This document shows positions 47,327 through 60,344 of a DNA stretch of 64,000 bases, one piece after another. Source of the DNA: Chrysemys picta bellii (lineage: Eukaryota); assembly GCF_011386835.1 (NCBI RefSeq), contig NC_088814.1, forward strand, positions 5,456,001 to 5,520,000, in the 5' to 3' direction. Every line of letters starts with the position of its first letter. Within the stretch, counting starts at the first letter, position 1. The notes beneath the pieces are model-generated. The model had not been told where the DNA came from. It did no database searches and was given only the letters and a program-made list of their open reading frames with translations. Both the position numbers and the translations under genes were made by a program.

Positions 47327-48499
47327 GGTGGTTTCTGGTGGCAGAGGAACGTGTCTCTAGAGAGAAGGCAGATAGGTTAGCAGACCCTTTTCCTAGGGTT
47401 TGCTGTTTGCCTGGCCAATCGGATCAATTTTATACCATGCCCTCCCTTGGAACGGAGATGAGAACCCTGGATCTTCAACTCCAAAACCACAACTGTGCTA
47501 AGGGAGAGCTCCTTCAGATGGCAGAGTAAGGACAGGTCCCTTTTCTACCCTGTGGGCTGATCATTAGAGGGCAGCATTGCTTGCCCACACAAGCCAATAC
47601 ATTCCATTGTCCATCCCCATTCTGCGCCATCTGATTTGTCTCCACTTTTCCCGTCCCCTTTCATGGGCGTGGGTCAGCGTGACCATCCCCCTGCTGATTG
47701 GGATTCCCTTCAGAGCCCATTGCCCCCCAGGGAGAGGGCCATTCCGTTCTCCCCCCCGCCCCAAGGACCAACGCTGCCAACAAGAGAGGAGGAGCAGGCA
47801 TCCCCCGTGCGGTTGTTTCTGAAGAAGCTGCTGCAGTGATTGCTGTGGGGGGAAACTCACGGCTCAAAACTCAGTCAAGTCTCAGCAAGGCCTCTGATGA
47901 GACCCAGGTCAAAGGAGCGGTGGCCCCCGCAGCTATCGCTTTGTGGTGCTGTGTTTGCAGCCTCGACTCACTGCAACGTGACGACGCAGCCTGGCGCAGC
48001 GAGCCTTCGGCGCCCGCAGCGGCCGCTATTCATTTGCAAGATGCTAGGGCGCTAGCTTTGGAGGCGGGAGGCCTGGGGAGGGTTCCTACTCCCGGCTGAG
48101 CCGCTGATCTACGGTGGGACGTTGGGCCATGTCACTACCCCTGTCTGTGCCTCTTGTTCCTCTCTGGTGCTTGTCTGGTCTACTTAAATATCCGAACAGG
48201 GACTCTCTTGTGATGTGTTTGCACAGTGCCTGGCACAATGGAGCCCTGATCTTGCCTGGGGCCTACAACCACTATTGCGTCAAAGAGCCGACTCCAACCC
48301 ATTTATCTTTGCCCACATCAGTCTATGTTCTCCTTGCTACTTTTCTCCCCCTCTCTCCCCATGGTAATTCTTTGCTACTCCCCGTCTTAATCTGACAGAA
48401 AAGGCTGTGGGGCCACGGCCCAGCTCTTATCCTGCCTTACCCTGCCTAAGCGTGCTCCCAATAATCAGAAAATCCAGTTGACTCATTCTTCTGAACTGG

Positions 48500-48631
48500 A
48501 ACGAGGAGTCCGGTGGCACCTTAAAGACGAACAGATTTATTTGGGCATCCGCTTTCGTGGGTAAAAAACCCACTTCTGCAGAGCTGGACTCCTCGTTGGT
48601 TTTGTGGATACCGACACGGCTACCCCTCTGA
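48500..48631. mobile_element. Penelope-like element end, rearranged/inverted
   Basis: Same family as 1750-1971; 48500-48582 in one orientation and 48586-48631 in the other. Confidence 0.7.
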
Positions 48632-51600
48632 TACTTGGCTCTATTGAACGGGGCCATCTCTGGGGCCCGTAGGCATTTGGGCCGTATGCAAGACCTAACC
48701 CTGAAGCCCCGAGGTAAAACTCACTCTGTGCCTTTGGAAATTTGGCCAGAGTAAAGCTGAACCGTTTCCTGTTCATCCCCATTTTACAGATGGGGAAACT
48801 GAGTCACAGCCAAGTGACTTGCCCCAAGGGTAGCGCCAGAGATAGAATCCAGCGCTCCTGACGCCGCAGTCAGGTCCAGTCAGCGCTCCTGCTCTAAGTT
48901 TCAAGTCCTTGGTTTCCACCCTGCCTCTTTCCTGGACGGCAACAGCCTCCGGCATGATCCCATCTGGGTGTTTGCTGAGGGCGTATCTCACCCTTTGATC
49001 GCTCCCTCCAGCTGTTTGTACAGAAACATTCAATCACTCTATAACCAGCGTGGCAGCTGGGAGGGGGAAGGAGGTGGGGGGGGAGGTCAGTCCCTCATGG
49101 GGTGTCCCGTACACAGGTGCATCAGCACTGCCTGACCTAGAGCGACAGCCGAGCTCTTGAAGACACTCAGCAATATACTGGAGTGAGTTGGAAAAACCTC
49201 ACATGGGCACAGCTGGGCGGCCTCCCCTGGGTCGGTCTGTCCATTTGTGCAGCCAGGGGAGGTTAAGAAAAACTGGCCCGCTCCGTAGAGTCTCCCTGAT
49301 CAGTCCGTAGCAGGCTGACTGCCAAGGAAGGGGTACGGCACTGGGGTCATTAGCTGTGGAAAAGGCCTGTTTGATCAGTGAGTCCGTTCGCCACTGCCCT
49401 GCAGAACAGCCCCCGCCAGTAGAGCAGCTTGGTTTTAGGGGCTGTGGGTCAGAGTCACCCCACTGGAGAGCCACAGCCATTCGGTTGGCGTTGGCACAGC
49501 TCACCTGGATTTGTCTTTATGTAAACTATAGAAACTTGGGCCTAGTCCCCAAAGGGTTCATCCTAGTGTTGGAAGCAGTGTGAATGACGGACAGGGTGTT
49601 TTGCCCTTCAGGCGCCTGGCTCTGCGGGGGCCCCTCTCCGATTCTGGAGTGAACTTCGGACAGCCGGTGGGGCTACGTCACCGTTTGGGAGCAGAGGGCC
49701 GGGAGAAGGGCAGGGTGGGAGGGTGGGAGGGCGCGGAGGATAAATGTCAGACTCGGGTCCCTTGCATCAGGATGAGGTCGGAACCCCGGGATAGGTTCAA
49801 GGACGCTCCCCCACTGTAGCACGGTCCCTTTCCCAGCACAGAGCCCGATCGCTCCTTTGCAGCTTGCACCCGTTCACACCCTCCGCTCCAAGCCGGAGAG
49901 CAAGGGAGGGTGCTCTGTTGCCATCTTGCTCTAGGCGAGATGCTGCCTCGAGAACATCCCGTACAGAACTGCTGTGCCCCCCCTCAGCCCGGTGCTGAGC
50001 CCTTACCACCCACAGTGCCGTTTGATTGTCTGTCTGAGCACCCGTCTGGCACCTGTCTGCACAGACACTCCTGTGCGGACATACATGCACCTGCTGAGAA
50101 TCCAGTGCATGCATCCGTCGCCTGGCTGTACATCCACCTGCAAACAGACTCGCGCATTCACAGAGATCCCTGGGTACGTGCAAACAGCGGCCGGCACAGT
50201 CCCAGAAGGACACGTACACACACACACACACGCCTGCACGCACAAGCAGCATAAACGTGCAAGGAAAATTCCCATGTAAGAAATGAGCCCGGTCGCCAAA
50301 GCCCAGTCAACGTCACCCTGGCCCTGAAATCCAGTGGGTCTCTCTGGGGAAATGGAACCCATGGTCACGTGCAGGGACCTCCTGTACTGAGGGAGGGGAG
50401 AGGGCACGGTGAGGTTGCCAGAGGATGTGGCCAGCCTGGTTGGCTAGGAATTCTCTGGGCTTCCCGGCTCAGCTGTCCTCTTGCCCCCTGAGCACAGCCT
50501 GCCTGAGACAGGCCCAAGCCCCCACGGGTGCTGTTAGCCTGCGGGGGTGCATTTCCCCTCGCCAGCCCTGTGACCGAGGGGTGGAGTTCCTGCAAGCTGG
50601 GAGGTCGGTGTTACATCAGCTGGTGGTGGTGGGGGGGATTTCAGCACAGGCAGGCTTCTGGGGTGGGGGGTGGCGAGGGCACATCCCATGAGAAGTAGCA
50701 GTAACCTTGGGCCAAGTCCATCAAATATTTCATCAAGTTAAACATTTATAGCTCGGGCAGAATAGCAGAGCCCAGGCAGGGGTATGTGGGGGGGGGGGGT
50801 CAGTCCCTCATGCCTGGTGGGGAAGGTTGCCAGTGTCTGAGATCTCTGCCCTCTGGATCCCCCCGATTACCCCTCCCCCCGTATTCACTCTCTCTGTGCC
50901 CTGAGTGGCCCGTTTGCTCTGCAGATGGCATGAGAGACTCTTCTCCATACAGCGCTTCCTGGGGCCCTGTGAAATGAGACCCCTCTCCTGCTGTTACCTA
51001 CCCGCTAAGCAACCCTCCTAAATTCCCACTGGCCACCCCAAAACCCACACAGCCCTGCCCCACGCAGGTGATTCCCATGGAGGGAGCTGCCGCGGGGCGT
51101 CCAGTCGCTTTCATATGTCAGTGACCCACTGGGGGTGGGGGAGCCCCTTGCCATCTGTAGCCGGTGTTTGCATGTGATGGGGGCAGCCCCGGCGAAGACG
51201 GGGGGGCTGGTATAACCCTTCAGGAGCTGCAAATGGCCAGTATTTCTACACCCACCTCCCACCGCCCCTTAGCATTCGTTTGGCTGCCAAGGGTTAAGCT
51301 AAAAGCCCATTTTGCACGGAACAAACGCTGTATCCCCCCTCCATTGGCGCTGCCGCCATTCGTTCTGTCCCGGAGAGACCCCAGAGATGCTTCAGCAGGT
51401 CTAGTCAGGGATGAATTGGGCTAGTGGGTTGGGAGGCACCAGCTGTCTGTTCCACCTGGGAAGGCTGAAGCTTGACCAAAAAAGCGTCCCGTGAAAGGTG
51501 CTGGGTTGATGGCCCTTGATAGCCACCGATCCGGGCTAGCCAGGGGAAAGGCAAGGTAGCCATCCCCCCAAAACGCCCCCTCGGCATGTGCCTACATCTC

Positions 51601-54600
51601 TATGGCTAAGAGGAGTTGAGTCTCCCTGGCCCATTGACTCCTGGACCTTTCTGCTGAGATGGCACCATGAGATCCAAACGAATGCCCCTTATACACCCCC
51701 CCACCCCCATTCCCATGGATCCCCAATCCCACAGGAGCAGCTTTCGGTCACTGCCAGCCCGGGCTTGGGGTAACGGGCCCCACTTGAGGGGAAAGGCTCC
51801 AACTCCCATTCCCGACCCCCCAAGCCGCCCAGATCGCCCCTGGATCACGGTCAAACCTGGCCGGTTACAAAGAGCTGCCCAGCTACCCACCTCCTGAAGC
51901 CGGCTTCAGACCCGATCCTGTCAGGGGCTGAGCGCCCCTCAACTTCCCCAGAGCTGACGGCGCTCGGCACCAGGTTGGCCTGTCCTCGGCAGTACTGATC
52001 AATGAAACATTCATGGGTCTGGGCTCAGGTTTCCCTCTCCTGCCCCCCCCCCCATCCCCGAAAACACCCAGGCCAACACACCTGCTTCGATTCAGTCCCT
52101 TGCTGGGTGCGTTCTGCTCCCCCCGGGAGCACTCAGTGGCAGGAGAGACGGGACCGAGGGCCGGGATAGCTCCGGGGCGCTATTGCCAACTGAGGGGCCG
52201 GCAGGCTGAGCTGTGCCAGGAGAGGGTGGGGGCAGCGGCTGTCACATCTCAGGTGCATGCGGAGGCAGGTGCAGGGGTGCTGCTGTTCTACCTGTTGCTC
52301 CCTTTCGCTCTGTGTCAAGGTTAACCTGAGATCCAGCCACTCCTGCCTAAGTAAACAGTAGCAGAGGTTGGGCTAGGGGAGCTCTGAATATTCATGACAG
52401 GGGAAACCCGATCTGGACGGCTGGTGCCACTGGCGTCCTACAGGCAGCTCAGGTTGCGCTCACCTGGGGCATGGGGAAAGGAAGGGGCAGGGGCTTCTCC
52501 AGAGTAGGGCTCCCACGGGGAGGGTCTCGAGGTGGCCTGACGCCCTGGTGCTTGGGCAGCCAAGGGTTAAAGCGGCTGGTGCCATTTGCCTAGCAGGATA
52601 TTGTATTTTCGCTATTCTTTCCTTCTGAAGGATTAGTCGAAACTAGACTCTGGCTAAACTGGTTGCCAGACCGGTTCCTCTTTCTGCGCCTCTTGGCCTC
52701 GGTCCTTCCTCCATCTTTGCTTTCCTCTGCAGCCTGCCCCCGGCTCGGCACCCGCCCGCACCAGCCCCATCGCGCTCCTGTTTCCCCCCTTGCTCTGCTG
52801 CCATGGGTCCGTCTCCGCGGGGACAACATCAGAGTAATGGAACCCTAAAAATCCTACTGTCACGGCCCCAGAGGCAGCAGGGCCCCGTTGCAATGTGCTG
52901 CGTTATGGGTTAGGACTAGGCTAACACGGGACGCTCCTGCAAGCAGAAATTGTATCTATCTGAAGGGCCGCGTGTGCTGCCCTCAGCCGCCCCATACGTC
53001 CCTGGTCGGCAGTGGGGTTGCCTGGCTATAGCTGAGGGCAGAACGTGCTCTTTAAACTCTCCCCTTCGCCCAAAGCTCGGCTTCTGCTTTTTGTACAAAC
53101 GATCCTGCCGGGCAGCTCCAGGGAAGGCGTGAAAGTGGATCCAAAGCTGCCATGAATATCACCGCTTCCTCCCCCACAGGTGGATTGAACCAGCGCTCAG
53201 ATCAGCTCTGGCGGGCCTGAGGCCTGGCTAGTTTACTTCCCAGAGAAGCAGCCCCGCCTGGCAGGATTTCAGACCACAGAGCCGAGCTCTCGTTCGTTCT
53301 GAGCCGCTTGGCACTAGCTATAATTTTAACAATACTAATGCTTAGCAATATCCAGCCGTAGATCTCAAAGCACTCCCCAAAGGTGGGCCAAGATCCCGTA
53401 GCCCCATTTTACAGATGGGAAAACCGAGGCACAGAGAGGGAAGCCATTCGCCCAAGCCCACACAATGAGTCGGTGGCGGAACCAGGAAGGAATCCCAGAC
53501 CTGACTCCCAAGGCAGTGACATAGGAACTGCTGCTGGAGCTCTGATCAGTGGTCTCTCCAAGCTGATCTCTGCTGGCCAGTGCTCTGACGGTGCAGCCCC
53601 GGCTGTGCTCCGCTATCCCAGGGAGAGAAGCGTCTTCCTGACCCCCGTCTGGCAATCACCTGTAATTGAAGGGCAGTGGCTCTACTTATTTTTATCCTAG
53701 CTGGTTTCCCTGCAGACATGATCCTTATCCGTCTGAACGTCCGATGCTCTTTTGAAGCACGCTCCACCGTTTGACTCATTAACATCCCAGCCTATCTACC
53801 CAGACATCTATCCTGCGGCAGCCGGTTCAGTAGGTTAACTGTGTGTTGCATAAAATAGCGTTTCTGTTGGGCCATTTTATAGGTCAGCCATTCTATTTGC
53901 TCACTCTACAGCTCCTGGAGGCTACAGCTCAGGTTATGATGCATACGAGAGGCAGGGCAGGGCAGTGGTTAGAGCGGCAAAGGGGGAGTCAGGACTCCGG
54001 GGTTCTCTGCCCCTGACTTGCTGAGGTGACTTGGCCAGTCATTTCACCTCTGTGGACTAAATCTGAGACCTGCGTGTAAATCCAAGGAAAATGGCCTTTC
54101 CCGTAGCGCTTGGCACAACCTTCAGCCCCTGATACTCTAGCTAGAAGGAGTTTGTGCCTAGCTATGCATGCATTGAGAAGGCCCGGGGACGATAGTGCTT
54201 CGCCTGTCTCTAGTGCTACCCATATGAGGAGCTTAAAGCCATGAATGAATTAGGCCTCGCTATTCCCCAGGAGACAGGGACTTACCATTCTCCCTATTTT
54301 GCAGAAAGGGAAACTGAGGCATAGAGAGGGGACCTGGACTGCCTGAGATCACACAGCCAATCAGTGGCAGAACCGTGACGGGAATCCAGCAGGCCTGAGT
54401 GCCCGCTCTAGCTACTAGATGGCGCTGTTTCCCAAGTTATGCACAGGATGAAAGGCCAAGCTCCCCTAGGGTTATACTGATCCTCTGATGACCTTTGAAG
54501 GCTTCTCTGGGTGCTGCCTTCTAACCCTTCCCCGATGGGGCAGGGGTGCGCAAATGGACAGAGTCCTACCACTGGGTCTCTGGAACAAATGGGACTGGAA

Positions 54601-57105
54601 ACAGAGCAAGCCAGGAAACGTTCACATCCAGGGAATACACAAAGGAACCAAGATGGTGGAGCCTAAGACATTAGGCACTCCGATCAGGGTAGGGGCGGGT
54701 GTGGCCTTCGGGTTGCTCAACCAGACCACACTCCTCTTCGGCGTGGCTGAAGTCACGGAGGGTGGGTTTGCCGGGACCCCCTGGTTTCTGTTCCAGGTAA
54801 ATCTTTGCTGGGATCTTTTGTGTTTCCAGGAAGCAAGTGGAATTTACCCGGAGGCAATAGATGCTGCTCCTGATGCCTGGGGGCGCAGAGGAGGGTGATA
54901 CTGAGCGGGGGTGTGGGGCAGGAGGGGCTGAACAAACAACGCAAACAGGAAGAAAGAGCAGAGTGTGTTCGGGAAGCTACAGAAAGCCCATTGACTCCAT
55001 GCCAGTGGCTGGACTGCCTGGGAAAACCCAGCTCCGGGCTGTGGTTTACTTTCGCCCCGAGGGGAACTTTTCACGGCTCTGTTGCCAGCTTCGAGGCGGC
55101 TCCGAGCTCCTTGCCAAGCTCCATGACTTGGGGGTGGATGCAGGCAACCCTATGTGCCTCTTGTGCGTTCCCCATCCCCCTCCGGAGCTGGGGCTGGAAG
55201 CCGGACTTTGCTTGACAGAGGCGTTGGTGAGACGGTGGAACCTACGGTCATCCCTGTCCCCAGGTGGTGCCAATGTGGCTCTGGCCGTGGGCATCTTGCG
55301 GGGAACTTTGGAGGGGGTGGGAGTCCATCGGATCTCCCCACTCTCTATGGGGGTCTCTTCTCCAGTGGGAGACACCGCAGTCAGAGTCTGTGGGGTCTCC
55401 CCCACGAGTGGGAGTCTTCAGGGTGTCCTCTACCACCTCTTGGAGGACTGCCCGGTTTCAACCCCATCTCCAGGGAGCAGGCTCCAGTGGAAAATGCCTG
55501 TGTCCCGCGGGGCCCTTCAGAGGAGCCTCTGTCCCTAGCTGCCCTTCCCGAAAGCCCTCTCAGTGCTGCCGGTATCCAGCTGTCCCAGCACTGTCACGCC
55601 TCTCTCTCTGTCAGGTGAAAGACCTCAGCCACCTGGGGGCTGAACACATGGTGCTGGGCAGATCGAAGGAGGGGGCTGCCTGGCGCCATTCATCACCGAG
55701 ACAGATCCAATCGCAGCGGGGCAATCAACGTCACTTCGGCATGATGCGTGGCAGTGACCAAGGGGTCAGCCCCAGCCCCAGGCGACAAAGAGACTCGGTG
55801 GAAACAACTGCTTGATGGATGCAAGCGTTATCTAGGAGCCAGGGGTTATTTGTGTGTGTGTGCGTAGGTGAGGGAGGGTACGCCTGGGTGTACCTGGCAT
55901 GCATAGCTCAGAGTGTGGGGGTGCTCTCCTTGTGTCCATGTGCAGGCCTAGCCCAGCGCGCAGGGCGATTTGTTTGCCTGTTCAGTCTCCCACGTGCAAT
56001 CTCCCGCAGCTGCCTTGTTTGACGGCTGAACCCTCATTATTGCTAAAATCCAATTCAATAGAGCCACTCAGCAAGCAGCGGCGTGGGCTGGAGCCGCGGC
56101 TGTGCTAGCCGGTCTAGAGCTGCTGTCAGGAAACCCGCGGGGATGACAGATGGCACGTTCCTCCCGAGCCATTGGCCAAAAGCACAAAGCCTCTGTCATT
56201 CAGACACCACAGTGCTACCCCGGCTGACATTTTGGGGAGCCTTTCCATGGTTCCGATTCCAGCTCTGGGGGTTCTGGGCCCTCGGCCCCGTGTTTTTCTG
56301 TATTAAAGTCACTGGCTTAGTAAACTCTGGAATGGTTCTTCCGCTTCTTTCCCAGCTGGAGTGGTTGCCTCTGGTTTCCCGAGATCCTGTTTTCATGCAA
56401 ATGAATGAATATTAATTCAATACTAAATAATGACTATTCACAATTCCCTTCCCTCTGAGGATCTTATCGCGCTTCACAACCGTTAGTGAATTCTGCCTGG
56501 GATCTGGCCACGCTCGGAGGAAGACATTAGGCACTCTAGGTCGGTGCCGAAGGGTTGCGGTTTCCTTAGTCAGGTGACTACATCAGAAGTGCAACTTTCA
56601 TTTTAAAAAGGAAGTAGGTCTCAACCTCTCCTGGCTGCAAGGGAAAGCTTGAAAATGGGAAGCAAACGGCGTCTGCCTGAGTCTGCAGAGAGCCTGGTGC
56701 AGCAGCTCTGAGAGCTGTGAACTGCCCCATTCATCTGTAAGGGGTGATAATGTCAAGATCTGTTGTTCTGGGGGAAACCTGCCCACCCCACCCCGCTCCA
56801 CGAGGAATTTGCGTGTGGCAAGCGTAGAAGAGTTCAGTGGGCCCAGCCGTGGACGGTGGTTATCATAGGCTGGTGGAGGCTGTGCCTCCCCAAACAGCCA
56901 GGTGTGGTCCCGCCCATGCTCCATCCCCAAGCCACCCCCCCTTTGCTTCCTGCTCGGTGCAGCTCCACTAGTTTCTGTGGCCCTGGCTTGGGTCTCACCT
57001 GCCCTCCCAGTCCCAGTGCTCTGGGGCTGGGGGACGTGGATTCACTCTGGGGCTGGGGGCACTTGCCTGGGGCGGGGGCCAGCAGTTGCGCTGGGAGGAC
57101 CTCTG

Positions 57106-58022
57106 GGCTCTGACTGGGGGGGGGGGCAGTGTGGAAGGGACGGAGCTGGGGGCTAGCCTCCCCCAGCCGGCGGCTCACATGCTGCCCCTGTGCCCAGCAC
57201 ACCTATTCTTGATTCACGCCATTGCCTCCTTGCTGAGACTGCCAACATAAGGGCCAATCAGTGTCACGTGTAATAGGTGCAGAGGGACCTCTGGGCAGAG
57301 GCCCATCAAACTCATTTCACATAGATCAGATAACTTTAAATCACCAACATAAAGGTGAAAGGCTCTTTATCCTGTCACCAATCCCAGAGCTAGTCAGTTG
57401 CTCCCAGTTCCAGGGTTAGAACTTCACTGGCAGATCCAAACCCTCTGAACCTTCACCCCACATCCTGCCTTGTTCCCTACATGCTTCGTACAGAGACAAC
57501 GTACAGAGACACCTTTTCCCTCCACCTGCCACCATGAAGGTCGTTACTCAGTGGCCAGTAGAAGGCTCTGACTGGGGGGGGGGGGCAGTGTGGAAGGGAC
57601 GGAGCTGGGGGCTAGCCTCCCCCAGCCGGCGGCTCACATGCTGCCCCTGTGCCCAGCACACCTATTCTTGATTCACGCCATTGCCTCCTTGCTGAGACTG
57701 CCAACATAAGGGCCAATCAGTGTCACGTGTAATAGGTGCAGAGGGACCTCTGGGCAGAGGCCCATCAAACTCATTTCACATAGATCAGATAACTTTAAAT
57801 CACCAACATAAAGGTGAAAGGCTCTTTATCCTGTCACCAATCCCAGAGCTAGTCAGTTGCTCCCAGTTCCAGGGTTAGAACTTCACTGGCAGATCCAAAC
57901 CCTCTGAACCTTCACCCCACATCCTGCCTTGTTCCCTACATGCTTCGTACAGAGACATCGTACAGAGACACCTTTTCCCTCCACCTGCCACCATGAAGGT
58001 CGTTACTCAGTGGCCAGTAGAA
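57106..58022. repeat. Near-perfect 458/459-bp tandem duplication
   Basis: Copies 57106-57563 and 57564-58022; the only differences I saw are G-run length (11 vs 12) and one A/T substitution. Confidence 0.95.
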
Positions 58023-59201
58023 GCTCTTCAAGAAAACCAGCATCTATATAAATCCAGTCCCTAGTGACCTCGCTCCACACTGGGCACAAAACATGGCTTC
58101 ACATTGTGTTCACGTTGGCCACAAACTCATGCCCAGCAGTTTCAATACTCAGGATTCCTCCCAGAAAGCAGCCTGGGGTGTCTGGGATTTAAGGTGGCTT
58201 TAAAGGCAGCCTTACAAAATAAAATACACACAAGGAAACAATCTTTCCCCATGTTAACTCAGTGTATTTATTTGCATGTATGGGACTGGAAGGAGGAAAA
58301 AGGTCAAAAGCAATATTTTTCAGGCCCTGCAACAGGACAAGCAGCTGGCAACCTGCCCTGTGCCAACAATTATATCATGTGTGCCAAGGTTACACAATGT
58401 GACCAACTCTTGGGGGAGGCTAGCGGAAGCAAAACAAAATCGAGGCGGTGTCTGGCTCCCTGTTTATTGAGGACACCCACAAAAGTGCCGGTCAGAAGAC
58501 AGGGGTGGGGGTTCTGCAGGAAAATTTGATTTTGTGATCAGTGGGACTACAGATCTACCCTAATCATGAGATCAAATGGAAAAAGTCCATGAAAGTTCCT
58601 AAGATGTTACCATCGCCTATCGTAACAATTGTTGATGGAAAGTAGGTCAAGCTGCTGTTCAATAATGAGTGTAATGAACAGAGGCAAGAGGACCAGACAG
58701 ACTACATTAGTGCAAACAAAAAAAGGCCATATTGATATGATTCAAGGACTATGTTGAAATCATGCTTGGCGAAGCTAGAAGTGGAACCAGAAATTAATGA
58801 ACCAAAATGGATGTGTCAGATATTGGACCTAATTGGTGGACAAAATAAGGGGTGGGCTAGTCCACCCGTCACTCCCTTTTTTGGTCCTTAAAGAAAAAGA
58901 CTTGGGCGTGGGGGAGACAGAAGAACAGATGGAGGCTACTGGAGCAAGTTTCACCAGCATGGTTGCTGCCCACACTGTTTCCTGGGCCCCTGCGTCTTCA
59001 TCCCCCTAATCTTAAGAGATGTACTGACCAGACCAGGTCAGAGAGAGGGACCTAGATAACATCACACCTCTACCTGCTCCAGCTAAATCCAAAATGCTAC
59101 CTGGGATGGAATGGGATCGGACTGTAACAACAACAGCAGCTCCAGTCCATGTTAAGGTCTTCTCTTTTCCGCAAAAGGACAGTAATTACCGTCTTTGAGT
59201 G

Positions 59202-59330
59202 GGTGGGTGAGGTAATATCTTTTATTGGACCAATGTCTGATGGTAAGACAGATTTCCGAGCTCTTCTTCAGGAAGCTTGTCTCTCTCACCAACAGAAGTT
59301 GGTCCAATAAAAGATATTCCCTCGCCCACC
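59202..59330. mobile_element. Second Penelope-like family end with inverted arms
   Basis: 32-bp arms 59202-59233 and 59299-59330 (2 mismatches); minus-strand CUGAAGA-AGAGCUC remnant between them. Confidence 0.6.
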
Positions 59331-59609
59331 TCGTCGCGCTAATAGCGTGGGACTGACCCTGTGTATGTCTTTGACACTGTCAGACAAGGGGGCTATTCCT
59401 TCTAAAGCCTCTCTGCAGCTCCAGGGACGTGCTAGAACGAAAGCCTTACTCGGTCCTTTATGTGGCAGACGCTTTCGCTGTTTTCCCGTCTTTTCCGCCT
59501 CTTTAATGAAAGGCTAAGAGGGTTTTCAGGGCTGTCTTTGCCCTGGTACTAGGCAGGTTCAGGTCTCTACCCTGGACCTTGTTAACGCTGTTGGACAGTG
59601 AGTGGGTGA

Positions 59610-59776
59610 TGCCTAGGGAGGTTGTGCAATCTCCATCTCTGGAGATATTTAAGAGTAGGTTAGATAAATGTCTATCAGGGATGGTCTAGACAGTATTTGG
59701 TCCTGCCATGCGGGCAGGGGACTGGACTCGATGACCTCTCGAGGTCCCTTCCAGTCCTAGAATCTATGAATCTATG
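59610..59776 (+). mobile_element. CR1 3' end
   Basis: GCCTAGGGAGGTTGTG...GGTCCCTTCCAGTCCTAGAATCTATGAATCTATG tail. Confidence 0.85.
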
Positions 59777-59999
59777 TTAACACCTTTGGCCCATGTGTTC
59801 CAGCTAACTTAACACAGCAGCCCCCAACCTATTGCTGGGGGGCGCCCTGCCCCGCCCCCGCTGCAGGGAGCTGAGGTCCCAGGGTGCCAGGGCCAGCTGG
59901 GGGCTGGGTTCAAGCACACACAGCACATGGGGGTGGGGTCACCTAACCCTGACTGCGCGTGCGTAGTAGAGCACATTTTCCCCCTCCCGTTTGGGCCTG

Positions 60000-60315
60000 C
60001 GATTACAGCTCGCTGGGGCCACCTGCCGGGCAGTTGTCGCCACTATCCCCCTCTCAGCCACCTTCTAATTGGTCAATGTGCCGCCCTCGCTCCAGCCAAT
60101 CGGAACGCCGGCACGTGGCACTTTGCTTCTTTTTCATTGGGCGCGGTAACCCCGTGCGTGCGTACGCCCTGATTGGCTGCGCCGTCCTGGGGTGCTGCCC
60201 GGTGATTGGCTGGGTTGGGGGGCGGAGGGGGCGGAGTTTCCAAATTTCGACTGGGACAGGTACGAGCGGAGGCGAGCGGCTGCGCGGGAGGCCGGAGAGA
60301 GCTGGGCGGAGGGGC
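60000..60315 (+). promoter_or_regulatory. CDK5RAP3: CDK5RAP3 CpG promoter with five CCAAT boxes
   Basis: CCAAT/ATTGG at 60068, 60096, 60136, 60172, 60205; GC-box-like GGGGGCGGAG motifs. Confidence 0.75.
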
Positions 60316-60321
60316 ATGCAG
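60316..60321 (+). CDS. CDK5RAP3: CDK5RAP3 exon 1 coding part (Met-Gln)
   Basis: GGGGCATGCAG|GTGGGA; phase 0 joins exon 2 DYQNLPIDIQ. Confidence 0.75.
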
Positions 60322-60344
60322 GTGGGAGCCGGCCCCGCCCCCGG

